From a virus, in the IMG/VR virus record IMGVR_UViG_3300020123_000246: a stretch of 53,936 nucleotides of DNA. One strand, 5' to 3'. Position 1 is the first letter of the stretch. Each line of letters starts with the position of its first letter. Below are positions 32,870-42,555 of the stretch, piece after piece. The translations under genes were made by a program, and so were the position numbers. The notes under the pieces were generated by a model, which was not told the DNA's origin, did not search any database, and worked only from the letters and a program-made list of their open reading frames with translations.

Positions 32870-35800
32870 GTGCCAGTTGACTTCCTAGAGGCCCCGCTTC
32901 CGGAAACGGCGCCAGAGACGCCGGCTGCTACTCCTCCAATCCAGTTCCAGCCAGGCGGAATCGATTTTCTGCCCGCCGAGGAGATCGCAAAAAGTGCCGT
33001 CAATATCGGTGTTGGGCTCCCTCAGGCCGTTAATCGGCTCCTCACAAATCCGGCTGTAGCAGCATCCTCCGAAATGGGCCGAGCGGCTGCCCAACAGGAA
33101 AGGGCAGATCAGGAACGAATGCAGCAAGCCCGATACATTGCTGGCGCGGGCCCATCGGCCGGTTTGGCGTTGATACCCCCTGAGGCCACAAAACAGGCTT
33201 TGGCTTACGCGCCGACCATTCCCGGCCGGATGCTCAATGCTTTCATGCGGCAGGCGGCCATGGACCCGGGCACAGGCGTTCACCCGCCGACGCCGCAAGC
33301 CTTTGGTGAAACCGAGGCTGAGTATGAGCAGCGGAAGCAGTACCCAATGGGAGCTCCCGGCGAACCGCTCTACATACCGCAAACGGACAATCCAAGCGAC
33401 TTTCAGAAATTGGCGATGCAGGCCTCCACCATCAATGACCTGCTTGCCATTCCTATCGGGGTGACTCGCACCGGCGGCAAAGTGCTACTGGCCAGCATGG
33501 TCCCCGGGATTATTGGCCAGGTGAACGAGATTGCCACTGGCCCGGGTGATGCCAGGGATAAGCTCGAAAAGGCAAAGGCTTTGATTATCCCTGCAGCTAT
33601 CGGGGTTTTTGCTTCCCGACCTCGAGGCGCTCGCCTATTCCCTGAGCGGCTTGGTCCGGAGGCTGATATCGGTACCCCGGTTTATCCGCCCATGGAATTC
33701 AGTGGCGCCGCGCTCCCCGGCAGGCCTGCAGGAGCAATCCCTCGAGGCGGCCCGGCGGGTGTTGGCCCGGGCTACCCGATTGTCCCGCGTGCGGCCGAAC
33801 CGGTTGGCCCGCAATTCCCACGCCGCGGCGCGCCGATTGAGGTACCGGGAACGGCCGCCGGACCCGCACAAACTGTTCTCGAGGAGATCCGTGCCAATGA
33901 TGCGCGCACTATTCCACAAATTCAGGAGCTCTTTCCGCAACTCACTCGAGAGCAAGCTCGAGTCTATCGCAACCAAGTTTGGGGCGCCGCGGTTAGCGAT
34001 GTGGGTGTCCGAGTTTCGCCGGCCGTGCCGAGGCCTTCTCCGATGGGTCCTCCCACTCCGAGAGCCGAGGCGCCGCCGGAGGCTCCCAGGACCCCTACTA
34101 CTGAGGAGCAAATCGCTGCCCGAGAAGCTCCTGAGGTTGCAGCTCGCCGCTCAGCTCTCGAGCAGCAGATTATCACCTGGGAGCGAGAGCTCGAATTTGC
34201 TCAAAAGCGCGGAGATGCTCGAGCGCAGCAGGCGGCGGTCGATAAACTCCTCGAGCTCAGACGTCAATATGAGGGTCCTCAACCACCCGCCAAGCAACCC
34301 ATCACGCCTAAACAGCCGGTACCTGGCGTGCCTCGAGGCTCTTTCCCGCCTGAGGTACCAGCAACGGCCGCCCAACCGCGGGAAACTGTCCTCGCAGAAA
34401 TTCGACGGGCTAACGCTCGAACGCGCGCCGAAATCCAAAAGCTTTTTCCAGCTCGTAACCTCACGCGGGAAGAAGCTGCAGCACTGAGGGATCAGGCCTG
34501 GGGCAAACAACCGCCGGAAGAGCCACCCGCGGCACCGCCGGCAGCGCCAGCACCCAAAGAGCCTACCCCTCCCGCTCCTGCAGCGCCGTCAGCCGCAAAG
34601 CCGGAAATTGCAACGCGCTCAACCAGCCCGAACAATAACCCATTGGGCGATCCGATGGGGACTACCTATCACGCTACGCCTGAGGATTGGGCCCAATGGC
34701 AGAAGCTGATGGAGCAGCGCAAGGCGCTCAACTCAGACCCGAACAAGACTGTTCAACAGAAATTCCAGCAGGGCGCCGAGCTCAGCCAGGCGATCGAGGA
34801 CCTGAAAAACAAATACGGCGGGGCGCCGCCTAAAGAGCCAAAGGTCGGTGCTCCTCCTGTTACCGGTTCACCGGACGATCTTGTTCCTGCTCTCAAGCCA
34901 AAAGAGGGCGAAGTCATTCAGGGCCAAAAGGGCAACGTCCATGATGATATTTACAAAGCTCAGGGCGATATCGAAGGCAAGCTGCTCAGAGTTGGGCAAC
35001 CGGAGCACGGATTCTGGAACTCGAAGCTAAAGAAATTTCAGACGCGCGATGAAGCAGCAGCCTACCTGGGAGAAAAAGATCCGCTCCATTCCGAGCGGCT
35101 TATCGAGCTTCAAAAGAAGGTTGCGCCACCCGAGCCGACTGCAACGCCGGCAGCGGCCGCTCCACCTGCAGAGGCCCCGCCGGCGGCGCCGGAAAAGCCT
35201 AGCACGATCGGGGAAACCCCTCTCGCCGGCAAAACCCTTGGAGAGTGGGAAGCGGTCAAGGATGCCTCGCAACTTCCCCGAGGGGACGCGCGCGCCGAGC
35301 TCGCCAAGTATTTAGCGGTACCCAACCAGCCAAGCCGGATCCTGCAGGCCCTGGCCAACAAAAAGCGCACCCGCGAGATTCACGCGCCTCCGGCCGAGGT
35401 TGCACCGGTTCTATCAGGCGAACTCGCCTTGCGCTTTGGCGATTGGGGTCCTGATGGCAAATTGCATTACAGCAATAAAGTAATAGGGGTACCTTCCTTG
35501 GAAGATGCCGCCCGTAAATGGAATGAGATTCGAGAGAAGTCAGGAGCGGGAGCAAGCGAATCTCCGGTTGTAGTGGTCGTTAATACCAAAACGGGTGAAC
35601 ACGTAGCGAAGGTCAGTTACAACGGCAGATTATGGGACGCGCAAGGCAAAGAAATCCAGCCAGAGCCGAAAACCGCTAAGGCCGAGCCTACCGCACCCGC
35701 CGAAGCTCTCCCGCCAACATTGGCCAGTCTTTGGACTGAGTATGACGAAGGCGGGAAGATGACTGAGCGCGATCTCTTGCAACACGTTCTGAACATGGAG

Positions 35801-38800
35801 CCGGAAAATCTTCCACCGGCACTTGCAAGAGCAGCGGCCAAGTACCGAGATGCGGTTGAGGAAGATTTCAGCATGGCGGGCCGTGGTGATGTTGAGCCTG
35901 CTCAAGACCGGTTCATGGCCGAATTTGAGAAAGCGGCTGGAAAGGAAAAGCCGAAAACTGAAACGAAACCCGCCGAACCTGCAACACCTACTCCTGTTTC
36001 TGAAACGAAACCGCCTGTTAGTGCAACACCGGCGGCAGGGGCAGCCAAAGCGCAAGCCGAGGTCAGCAAAGTTGCGGCGACCGAAGGCCAGCGACCGGCG
36101 AAGGATGTTAAGCAGGATTTGATTGATGGGCTACAACAGGCGCTTATGAAAGCGCCGTCGAAAGAGGAAATTGACGCGGTTCAAAAGCCGGGCACGAAAA
36201 CCTTTGATGCCGATAAATGGCCAGAGGACAAACCGAAAACCGTAACGATTGACATTCCCGGCGATGGTGTTTTCACGGTTCCTAACACGATTGAGGCACT
36301 TTCCGAGGTACTGGATCGTGCTCGGAAATTAAAGACAGATGCAGGCAAACCTGAGAAGGTTTCGAAAAAAGCTATCAAGGCCAGTGAGGGAGCGATTCGA
36401 AAGACCGCTGGCACTACGCCTACCCCGGAACAGCCACCCTCTGACCTCGGCCCCACTGGCGGCACTGGCCCCGGCACTCCATCAGCAGAACAGGGCCCCG
36501 ATCCGGTTGTGCTCGACCTCAGGACCGGCAATCCGCTCTTCAATTCCCTACAGCGGAAGTACCAGAACTTTTTCACCGGGCTCAAGCAGCTCTGGACGCG
36601 CCATCCCGCCAAGCTCGATATCATGGGCTTGTCCAACGCGGCGAATAACCTTCCGCGGATTTACGGGCAGCAGGCCGGAAACTCCCTCAGGCTCGGCGCT
36701 ACCGAGGCCGATTTGAAAGCGGCGACCATGCTCATGCAGTCGCTCAAGATGAGTGGCGACGGCCTTTCGGTCGAGGATGCTGAGCGCCTCGGGAAGCTCG
36801 AGTTTGCTGACGACCCGCAAGGCTACCTCAGGGATAAAGAGAGCCAAATGTTCACCACGGCCCAACGCTTCCTCCACCAAGGCAAGAAGCTCGAGGCCGC
36901 GGCTGCTCTCGACGCACACCGGGCTTACAAGGATGCCGCGGACAATTTCAATCGCTTGCGTCCCCTGGCTGAGAGGGCCCGCCAGAAATTCGATCGCCAG
37001 TTTGGGCGGGAGCAAGCCTCAGGCCTGGATACCGCTTACGAGAATTGGTACGTGCCTCAACGTCACGATCTCGATCTCTTTGTCAGTCCCAATCGGCCGA
37101 TCGTGCTCGGCGATTCCAAAGGCGGCGGCGGCGCCCAATTCCGCAAAGCCAAGTTTTACGAGGACTATGCCAGCGCCATCGAGGCCGGCTGGATCCCTCG
37201 CTCTCTCAACATTGCTGACCTGCTCGAGCACCGGGTAGCTTCCGGCGAGCGCATGATTTTCAACAAGGGCTTCTTTGATCAGATGCGCAGTATCACTGAC
37301 CCGGTCGATCAACGGCCGGTTGTCATCGATATTCCCCGGCGCACCATTCAAATGCCGGATGGCACCACGCGCAGCCAAGAGTCAATCCCGCACGGTTATA
37401 CCAAGATGGAGGTCAGCCCAGGCGTAAACGTCGCAGTCCATGAGGGCTACTCCAGGCTGGTTAATGCGCTCACTGCCAGAAGTCAGCTCGCAGAGTCGGC
37501 GGTCGTGGGCACGCTGCAGGACATTGCCGCCGTCGAAAAGCATCTGATGCTGGCTCTGGATACGTTCCACCTGTCGCGCGTGCTCCAGGCCGAATTCTTC
37601 CTCACCGGCAAAGTCAGCCTCGGCCAGCGCCAGCGCATCGGCCGCGCTTTGGTCGAATACAGCGCCGAGGATTTCGACCGGGCAGTCAAGGCCGGCGAAC
37701 TCACTCAGGAGATGGTTGACTACATGCGCAAGCCGCAGCCCATGGAGGTTCACGGTAAGACGGTTAATGTGAGTCCCAAAAACCTCGTCATGTTCGGCGC
37801 CAGGCAGGGGCTCAATATCGGCCGCATCGGCGACGCTCTTTACCGCGATTGGCTGCGCAACATGCCGATCACCGGCGAGATAAACAAATTCGTTTTCGAC
37901 AAGGTTTCCCGCAGTGCAATCGCAAATGGCTTTCTCGCCGAATTTGAGCGCGTTGCCAAAGCGAACCCTGATCTCACCGGCGCCCAAGTGGCAAAGCAGG
38001 TCGCGCGCGATATCAACGTCCTCTTTGGCAATCTCCAAAAAGAGAGCATCTTCCGCAATCCTTCCCTGCGCTCGCTGACCCAAGTGCTTTTCCTGGCGCC
38101 GCAGTGGGTTGAATCTCTGGCCAGGCGTGAGACTCGAGGTGTCCTCCAGTTTGGCCAGGCTGCGGCCGATATCCCCAAAGCCATTTCCGAGGGCCGTCTG
38201 CCGCGTTTGGGCACCGTGGGTAAAGGTGTCGGTACCGCCCTGGCCGGCTACTTCGCCGGCACTCAGATCCTGAATCTGATAACCCGCGGCAAATTCACCT
38301 TCCAGAACCCGGAGGCGGGCCACAAGCTGGACGCCTGGATCCCCGGCGGGCAAAATGGCTTCTTCATTTCCCCGCTCTCGGTCTTTGGCGAGATCACCCA
38401 TGACATTCTGCGCTACGCCGAGACCAAACCCGACTTCGCTACTGCCGTCCAGCAAATCGGGATGAACAAGTTAGGGCCGCTCGGTCGGTTCCTCTACGTG
38501 CTCGCCAGCGGCCGGGACCCGATGACGGCTGAGAAGCTTGTCGGCACTGGCCGGCGGGCTACCCGCGCCGCCATGACTGCGGTACCGGTACCGATCACCC
38601 TTTCGCAGCCTTTGCGCCTGGCGGGCTCAAAGCTGGCCCCGGGAGTGATATCCCCGCCTGCCCCCGGCGCCGTCGAGCGACAGGGCCTGGCCTCCATCGG
38701 CTTTAAGACTGAGCCGGTCGGCACGGCCCAAAGCCAGATTTATCACTTGGCCGAGAAGTGGAAGAGCCAGTCAGGCAACGCCAAGTACGAGGCTGAGGTC

Positions 38801-39106
38801 GAGCGCCGGCTGAAAGAGGACTTTGGCCCAAGTGATTACCGGGATCTGCGCTCTGCTCTTACCCGGGACGATCCAAAAGCGGCGCGCGCGGCGTATCAGG
38901 AGCTGCGCAGTGAGGGAAAAACTCCCAAGACCATCCGGCAAACCTTTCAGCATCCCCATCCTTTCACCGGGAGCGGCCAGGCCGAGTCCGCTTTCAAGCG
39001 CACGCTCAGCGATGAGGACCGGGACCTTTACGATCGGGCCCTCGAGGAGCGCCGGGACCTCTACCGCAAGCTGCAGGAAATGTTACAATCAACTGAACCA
39101 GAATAA
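32870..39106 (+). CDS. Giant virion-associated protein (2078 aa), positional analogue of podovirus internal core/ejection proteins
   Basis: Single uninterrupted 6.2-kb ORF (GTG start); ~1100-aa P/A/E/K-rich N-terminal half with an internal duplication; more globular C-terminal half; no catalytic motif recognised. Confidence 0.6.
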   Translation: MPVDFLEAPLPETAPETPAATPPIQFQPGGIDFLPAEEIAKSAVNIGVGLPQAVNRLLTNPAVAASSEMGRAAAQQERADQERMQQARYIAGAGPSAGLALIPPEATKQALAYAPTIPGRMLNAFMRQAAMDPGTGVHPPTPQAFGETEAEYEQRKQYPMGAPGEPLYIPQTDNPSDFQKLAMQASTINDLLAIPIGVTRTGGKVLLASMVPGIIGQVNEIATGPGDARDKLEKAKALIIPAAIGVFASRPRGARLFPERLGPEADIGTPVYPPMEFSGAALPGRPAGAIPRGGPAGVGPGYPIVPRAAEPVGPQFPRRGAPIEVPGTAAGPAQTVLEEIRANDARTIPQIQELFPQLTREQARVYRNQVWGAAVSDVGVRVSPAVPRPSPMGPPTPRAEAPPEAPRTPTTEEQIAAREAPEVAARRSALEQQIITWERELEFAQKRGDARAQQAAVDKLLELRRQYEGPQPPAKQPITPKQPVPGVPRGSFPPEVPATAAQPRETVLAEIRRANARTRAEIQKLFPARNLTREEAAALRDQAWGKQPPEEPPAAPPAAPAPKEPTPPAPAAPSAAKPEIATRSTSPNNNPLGDPMGTTYHATPEDWAQWQKLMEQRKALNSDPNKTVQQKFQQGAELSQAIEDLKNKYGGAPPKEPKVGAPPVTGSPDDLVPALKPKEGEVIQGQKGNVHDDIYKAQGDIEGKLLRVGQPEHGFWNSKLKKFQTRDEAAAYLGEKDPLHSERLIELQKKVAPPEPTATPAAAAPPAEAPPAAPEKPSTIGETPLAGKTLGEWEAVKDASQLPRGDARAELAKYLAVPNQPSRILQALANKKRTREIHAPPAEVAPVLSGELALRFGDWGPDGKLHYSNKVIGVPSLEDAARKWNEIREKSGAGASESPVVVVVNTKTGEHVAKVSYNGRLWDAQGKEIQPEPKTAKAEPTAPAEALPPTLASLWTEYDEGGKMTERDLLQHVLNMEPENLPPALARAAAKYRDAVEEDFSMAGRGDVEPAQDRFMAEFEKAAGKEKPKTETKPAEPATPTPVSETKPPVSATPAAGAAKAQAEVSKVAATEGQRPAKDVKQDLIDGLQQALMKAPSKEEIDAVQKPGTKTFDADKWPEDKPKTVTIDIPGDGVFTVPNTIEALSEVLDRARKLKTDAGKPEKVSKKAIKASEGAIRKTAGTTPTPEQPPSDLGPTGGTGPGTPSAEQGPDPVVLDLRTGNPLFNSLQRKYQNFFTGLKQLWTRHPAKLDIMGLSNAANNLPRIYGQQAGNSLRLGATEADLKAATMLMQSLKMSGDGLSVEDAERLGKLEFADDPQGYLRDKESQMFTTAQRFLHQGKKLEAAAALDAHRAYKDAADNFNRLRPLAERARQKFDRQFGREQASGLDTAYENWYVPQRHDLDLFVSPNRPIVLGDSKGGGGAQFRKAKFYEDYASAIEAGWIPRSLNIADLLEHRVASGERMIFNKGFFDQMRSITDPVDQRPVVIDIPRRTIQMPDGTTRSQESIPHGYTKMEVSPGVNVAVHEGYSRLVNALTARSQLAESAVVGTLQDIAAVEKHLMLALDTFHLSRVLQAEFFLTGKVSLGQRQRIGRALVEYSAEDFDRAVKAGELTQEMVDYMRKPQPMEVHGKTVNVSPKNLVMFGARQGLNIGRIGDALYRDWLRNMPITGEINKFVFDKVSRSAIANGFLAEFERVAKANPDLTGAQVAKQVARDINVLFGNLQKESIFRNPSLRSLTQVLFLAPQWVESLARRETRGVLQFGQAAADIPKAISEGRLPRLGTVGKGVGTALAGYFAGTQILNLITRGKFTFQNPEAGHKLDAWIPGGQNGFFISPLSVFGEITHDILRYAETKPDFATAVQQIGMNKLGPLGRFLYVLASGRDPMTAEKLVGTGRRATRAAMTAVPVPITLSQPLRLAGSKLAPGVISPPAPGAVERQGLASIGFKTEPVGTAQSQIYHLAEKWKSQSGNAKYEAEVERRLKEDFGPSDYRDLRSALTRDDPKAARAAYQELRSEGKTPKTIRQTFQHPHPFTGSGQAESAFKRTLSDEDRDLYDRALEERRDLYRKLQEMLQSTEPE
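33818..33985 (+). repeat. Internal duplicated module copy 1 inside the giant gene
   Basis: PRRGAPIEVPGTAAGPAQTVLEEIRANDARTIPQIQELFPQLTREQARVYRNQVWG. Confidence 0.6.
34331..34504 (+). repeat. Internal duplicated module copy 2 inside the giant gene
   Basis: PRGSFPPEVPATAAQPRETVLAEIRRANARTRAEIQKLFPARNLTREEAAALRDQAWG. Confidence 0.6.
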
Positions 39107-39119
39107 GAATGCCATTGTT

Positions 39120-39302
39120 ATGCCATTAAAAAAGGGATCTTCCCGCGCCACAATCAGCCGTAACATCAGAGAGATGGAAGAGAGCGGCCACCCTCACAGA
39201 GTAGCTGTTGCCGCGGCTTTGCACACCGCTCACCCCAACAAACGGAAGAAAAAGCGCCGGCACAATTCTGTTGGCGACAGCTACACCGGCCGTTACTACT
39301 AA
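39120..39302 (+). CDS. Small conserved basic protein (60 aa)
   Basis: MPLKKGSSRATISRNIREMEESGHPHRVAVAAALHTA resembles a small family (S.NI.E...SG.P..QA.AIAL) recalled from phages and bacteria. Confidence 0.45.
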   Translation: MPLKKGSSRATISRNIREMEESGHPHRVAVAAALHTAHPNKRKKKRRHNSVGDSYTGRYY

Positions 39303-39307
39303 AGCCT

Positions 39308-39520
39308 ATGATCACGAAAAACCCACATGCGAAAAAGACCATGAACCAAGGTTCGATGACTCCCAAGGTCAACACCGGCGGTCCTGATTGCGTCAGTGCT
39401 CCTCAAACCGGCCGCGCCAGCGGCAAGCATCATCGAGCTATGGGAGGCGGCCCGAAAGTCCCCAGGCAGCGAAAGAAGGGCTTCTCCATGCCCAAGCCGG
39501 ACAAGTACGGTTACTACTAA
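39308..39520 (+). CDS. Small basic protein (70 aa)
   Basis: ORF track; last gene of the rightward operon. Confidence 0.4.
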   Translation: MITKNPHAKKTMNQGSMTPKVNTGGPDCVSAPQTGRASGKHHRAMGGGPKVPRQRKKGFSMPKPDKYGYY

Positions 39521-39765
39521 TCGACTGGCATTAGCAAACCGCGGTCGATTGCGCCCGGCTGGCAAATGACCTTAAAGGTAGCGATGCACACTTGCTCGCT
39601 CGTCTTGTCCGGCGTGCATTTCTCACAAGTGATTGTCCCCATCTCTTGATCGGTTGCCAGTCGCACAAACCTCGGCTTTTTCCCCGCAAAGGCATGCGGG
39701 CAAATAATGTAGCTACGACTTTTACCGTGGCTTTTGCACTCAACGAATGGATAGCCAGGGTCCAT
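39517..39765 (-). CDS. Cys-rich hypothetical protein (82 aa)
   Basis: ORF track; 3' end overlaps the converging gene by 4 nt. Confidence 0.5.
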   Translation of the reverse strand: MDPGYPFVECKSHGKSRSYIICPHAFAGKKPRFVRLATDQEMGTITCEKCTPDKTSEQVCIATFKVICQPGAIDRGLLMPVD

Positions 39766-39807
39766 AAAAAGGTTTTGCCAGCGGCTCGAGCCAATCAGCC
39801 CAAGCCC

Positions 39808-40272
39808 TCACGCGCTCTGGATACCGCTTTGTGTCTGATCATTGGGTAGTTTCTCGCGTGAGCCCTTGGAGGTAGGGACTGGCAAAATTTGCGATTTAAT
39901 CTCCTCCGCGATACATGCACCGCACTCACCGCCTGAATGCTCGTTTCTGTTGAACTGAGGCACAAGAAGGTGCCTCAGGCACCGGATTGTCAAAACGGAA
40001 GCAACACCCTCGTCAAATGCCGATTCTTTACTCGCTACCGCTTGGATGTACTTTGATTGCAGTTCAGCGGTTACCGTCTCGGCATAGGCCTTCATCCTGC
40101 CTACTGTTTTGAGGGCATCCTCTTTCAGGTTTGAAATCTCCTGTTGCGCCTTGCTTAATAGCTCAGTTTGCCGAATCAGTTGGCGTGAGAGCAACGCGAA
40201 GTCGTCATCAGGATCGCTCACCCATTGAAGCGTATCGTTGGCTACTCTTAACGCTGTTTCGAGTTCACTCAT
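39808..40272 (-). CDS. Coiled-coil hypothetical protein (154 aa)
   Basis: Start moved to MSELETALR, which forms an ATGA overlap with the upstream gene; the longer track ORF extension overlaps 40269..40751. Confidence 0.5.
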   Translation of the reverse strand: MSELETALRVANDTLQWVSDPDDDFALLSRQLIRQTELLSKAQQEISNLKEDALKTVGRMKAYAETVTAELQSKYIQAVASKESAFDEGVASVLTIRCLRHLLVPQFNRNEHSGGECGACIAEEIKSQILPVPTSKGSREKLPNDQTQSGIQSA

Positions 40273-40751
40273 TGCGGTTGAATGTTCATTAGAGCTCGCC
40301 AGTAAACCGGCTGCCCCGAGTTGGTTACCAGAACGGACGGGAGGTTGGTGAGCGTCAACCAGTTGGTGAAATCTCCGCTTTGGAGGATGCTGACCGAAAG
40401 TAGAAAGTTGGTCACCGGCGGCGCCGGCAGATTTGTCCAGAGTGCCTCGGCCGAGTAATCGCTCTCGAGGAGTCCGTTGGAGGCTGTAACTGCGAAGTGG
40501 AACACCCCGGACCCTGGGTTGGTGATCGTGAAGGTGTTGGCGAAGATTAGCGGGTAGAAATTCGTGTAGCTCCTCGAGGCCCCGCCCTGATAGAGGTTGT
40601 ACGAAACGACAGTCGGATCCGGTGAGTAATCCCATTGCAGGGTGACTGTTTGCGGGTGCGGTGTTCGGGGTATCGACCGAATAGAGGCCGGCGGCCGTAG
40701 TGTGGCCGCCAGCCCTGCGAGCGCGATTGCCATGAGGGGTGTTAGCTTCAT
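40269..40751 (-). CDS. Secreted fibronectin type III domain protein
   Basis: Signal-like MKLTPLMAIALAGLAA; PQTVTLQWDYSPDPTVVSYNLYQG...FHFAVTASNGLLESDYS. Confidence 0.6.
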   Translation of the reverse strand: MKLTPLMAIALAGLAATLRPPASIRSIPRTPHPQTVTLQWDYSPDPTVVSYNLYQGGASRSYTNFYPLIFANTFTITNPGSGVFHFAVTASNGLLESDYSAEALWTNLPAPPVTNFLLSVSILQSGDFTNWLTLTNLPSVLVTNSGQPVYWRALMNIQPQ

Positions 40752-41008
40752 TCCTCCTTGAACAGGCGCTCGAAGATCATGCCGGCTAAGATCTCCCTCT
40801 GCGATTGACTAAGCGGCGCGCGGTCAACCGGCGGCCGCGTGAGGGTTTTGTCGAATTCGTGAATCACCAAGGCTATAGCCTCAACAGTCGAGCCCTGCTC
40901 GTAAATTGGCCGCGGCGCCAGTCTTTGAAGCGCGGCGGCAATTTGCTCCGTAGCAAGCGCCTGGCGCCATTCTGCGCTATGAGCACGATGCTGAGAGCGG
41001 CGGCTCAT
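40748..41008 (-). CDS. Hypothetical protein (86 aa)
   Basis: Start moved to MSRRSQ at the ATGA overlap with the upstream gene. Confidence 0.45.
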   Translation of the reverse strand: MSRRSQHRAHSAEWRQALATEQIAAALQRLAPRPIYEQGSTVEAIALVIHEFDKTLTRPPVDRAPLSQSQREILAGMIFERLFKEE

Positions 41009-41544
41009 TGCGAAATCAGCCGGAAAACCTTTGCCGCCGAGTTGGTGCTCGTTTGGGGCAGCGTAGTGAAGTCGAACGATGCCCAATTTTCGCCGTCTAT
41101 CGTCACTACTGGCACGTCATTGGTCATAACCGGCGTGCCGTTGGAGTCGTACGCGACCATGGCAAAGCCGCCGATCTGGCTCGCAGTAGCAACGAAGGTG
41201 TAATCGGTTTGCCAGGCAGATTCCGAACGTCCCACGTCTCGATGCTGGAATGACACCCGGGCAGCGAACATTTGATTGCGCAACCTGAGCGGCGGCAGGA
41301 CGTGCATGTAGCTCGGAGGGCCGATGCCCGGGATCTCGCTAATAGGCGCCTGAGCCGGCGGATCTTGGTCCGGCGCCGGAATGGCCTGGCACATTCGATA
41401 AAGGCCGTAAATCAGCACGCCGCAAACAACAATCCCAATCGCCCCCGCGATGCACGTAGAGGCAGCCGGCGGCGGCGGGTCGGGCCTGGCGTAGGATGGA
41501 ACTTGCAGGGCCAGGATCAGTAACAGGGTAACGAGTGTTTTCAT
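41005..41544 (-). CDS. Signal peptide + TM membrane protein (179 aa)
   Basis: MKTLVTLLLILALQVPSYA; CIAGAIGIVVCGVLIYGLY. Confidence 0.55.
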   Translation of the reverse strand: MKTLVTLLLILALQVPSYARPDPPPPAASTCIAGAIGIVVCGVLIYGLYRMCQAIPAPDQDPPAQAPISEIPGIGPPSYMHVLPPLRLRNQMFAARVSFQHRDVGRSESAWQTDYTFVATASQIGGFAMVAYDSNGTPVMTNDVPVVTIDGENWASFDFTTLPQTSTNSAAKVFRLISQ

Positions 41545-41721
41545 TTAGTGTAGTTTGAGTTTGTGAGGCGGGAAGTGCCAGCGATACCCTTGAACCCTTT
41601 CGACGTGCGGGCCGACTCGCCACACGGTTACGAGCGACAGAATGAGAGCGGCCAACAGAAGCCGCTCCCCCAGGCTGAACCGCTCCCATCCAGCCCTAAA
41701 GTGTTGCCAGTAAGTTTTCAA
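41545..41721 (-). CDS. Possible small TM protein (58 aa, TTG start)
   Basis: Translated by hand: (M)KTYWQHFRAGWERFSLGERLLLAALILSLVTVWRV...; TTGA overlap upstream, stop adjacent to the next ATG. Confidence 0.35.
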   Translation of the reverse strand: MKTYWQHFRAGWERFSLGERLLLAALILSLVTVWRVGPHVERVQGYRWHFPPHKLKLH

Positions 41722-41960
41722 TTTCCTTTCGCTAATTCCGCGATGTGCGGAGGGATTTCCTGCTCTCGGCTGGTGTTGCTCGAGCCGCCGGATGGCGCCG
41801 GCGTCTTAGGCCAGGCGTGCCACTGGTAGCAGTGATTGCAGTACCACTTAATCATGATGGGGTTCATGCAGAAGGCCGCGGCGGCCGCCGGGGTTTCGAA
41901 CATGGGCAGGTTTGCATGCTCGCAGATCTCCGGACAGCCTTTGAAGCGCGGCGAGCTCAT
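41718..41960 (-). CDS. Cys/Trp-rich hypothetical protein (80 aa)
   Basis: ORF track; ATGA-type overlap upstream. Confidence 0.5.
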   Translation of the reverse strand: MSSPRFKGCPEICEHANLPMFETPAAAAAFCMNPIMIKWYCNHCYQWHAWPKTPAPSGGSSNTSREQEIPPHIAELAKGN

Positions 41961-42424
41961 AGAGGGTTCCCCACGTTACGCCCGTAAGCTTTTAAGAAGA
42001 TTTCCGCATTGCGCTCGAAAGGCTCAGCGTAGCCTCCTCCGAGAGCCATCACCTGATCCATGAGCGAGTTGGTTTCCTCGATGGTAAGAGGTTTTTCAGG
42101 CTTCAAGCCGTGCGGGCATTGCAGCCGAACATGATTTGATGCGCCATAGACTCGGCAAATGGCGGGCCGGATATCGTAAACGCTGCATCTGTTTTGTGCG
42201 TCCAGTAGCGGACAGTTCAAGCACCTAGTTTTCTTCAACTGTTTCAGGCGGAAGGAGGTCTTTAGCTTTTCGGGATTTATCCCGGTGCGAGCCACGATAC
42301 GCTTGAGCTCCAATTTGCTCACCGCTATTGGACCGCAACAATCCGCACAGCCAGCCTTACACTCGAACTTTGGAACGGACTCGAGCAGCCGAACAATCTC
42401 AGCTAGACGCGCGGTGTTATTCAT
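41957..42424 (-). CDS. YkgJ-family Cys-cluster (zinc/iron-chelating) protein
   Basis: ECKAGCADCCG ... RCLNCPLLDAQNRCSVYDIRPAICRVYG; start moved to MNNTARL. Confidence 0.8.
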   Translation of the reverse strand: MNNTARLAEIVRLLESVPKFECKAGCADCCGPIAVSKLELKRIVARTGINPEKLKTSFRLKQLKKTRCLNCPLLDAQNRCSVYDIRPAICRVYGASNHVRLQCPHGLKPEKPLTIEETNSLMDQVMALGGGYAEPFERNAEIFLKAYGRNVGNPL

Positions 42425-42555
42425 TCTTTTACGGGATACTCCGCGGCGCCCTGCAAGTCCATCACTCCACACGCGCCGCTCTGGCAATGGTGAGTCTCAA
42501 CCATTGAAACCGGGATCCCGAATTCGCCGCACACCATATTGCGAACGGCTTTCAT
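42421..42555 (-). CDS. Possible small Cys protein (44 aa)
   Basis: Hand translation MKAVRNMVCGEFGIPVSMVETHHCQSGACGVMDLQGAAEYPVKE; ATGA overlap with the next gene. Confidence 0.25.
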   Translation of the reverse strand: MKAVRNMVCGEFGIPVSMVETHHCQSGACGVMDLQGAAEYPVKE

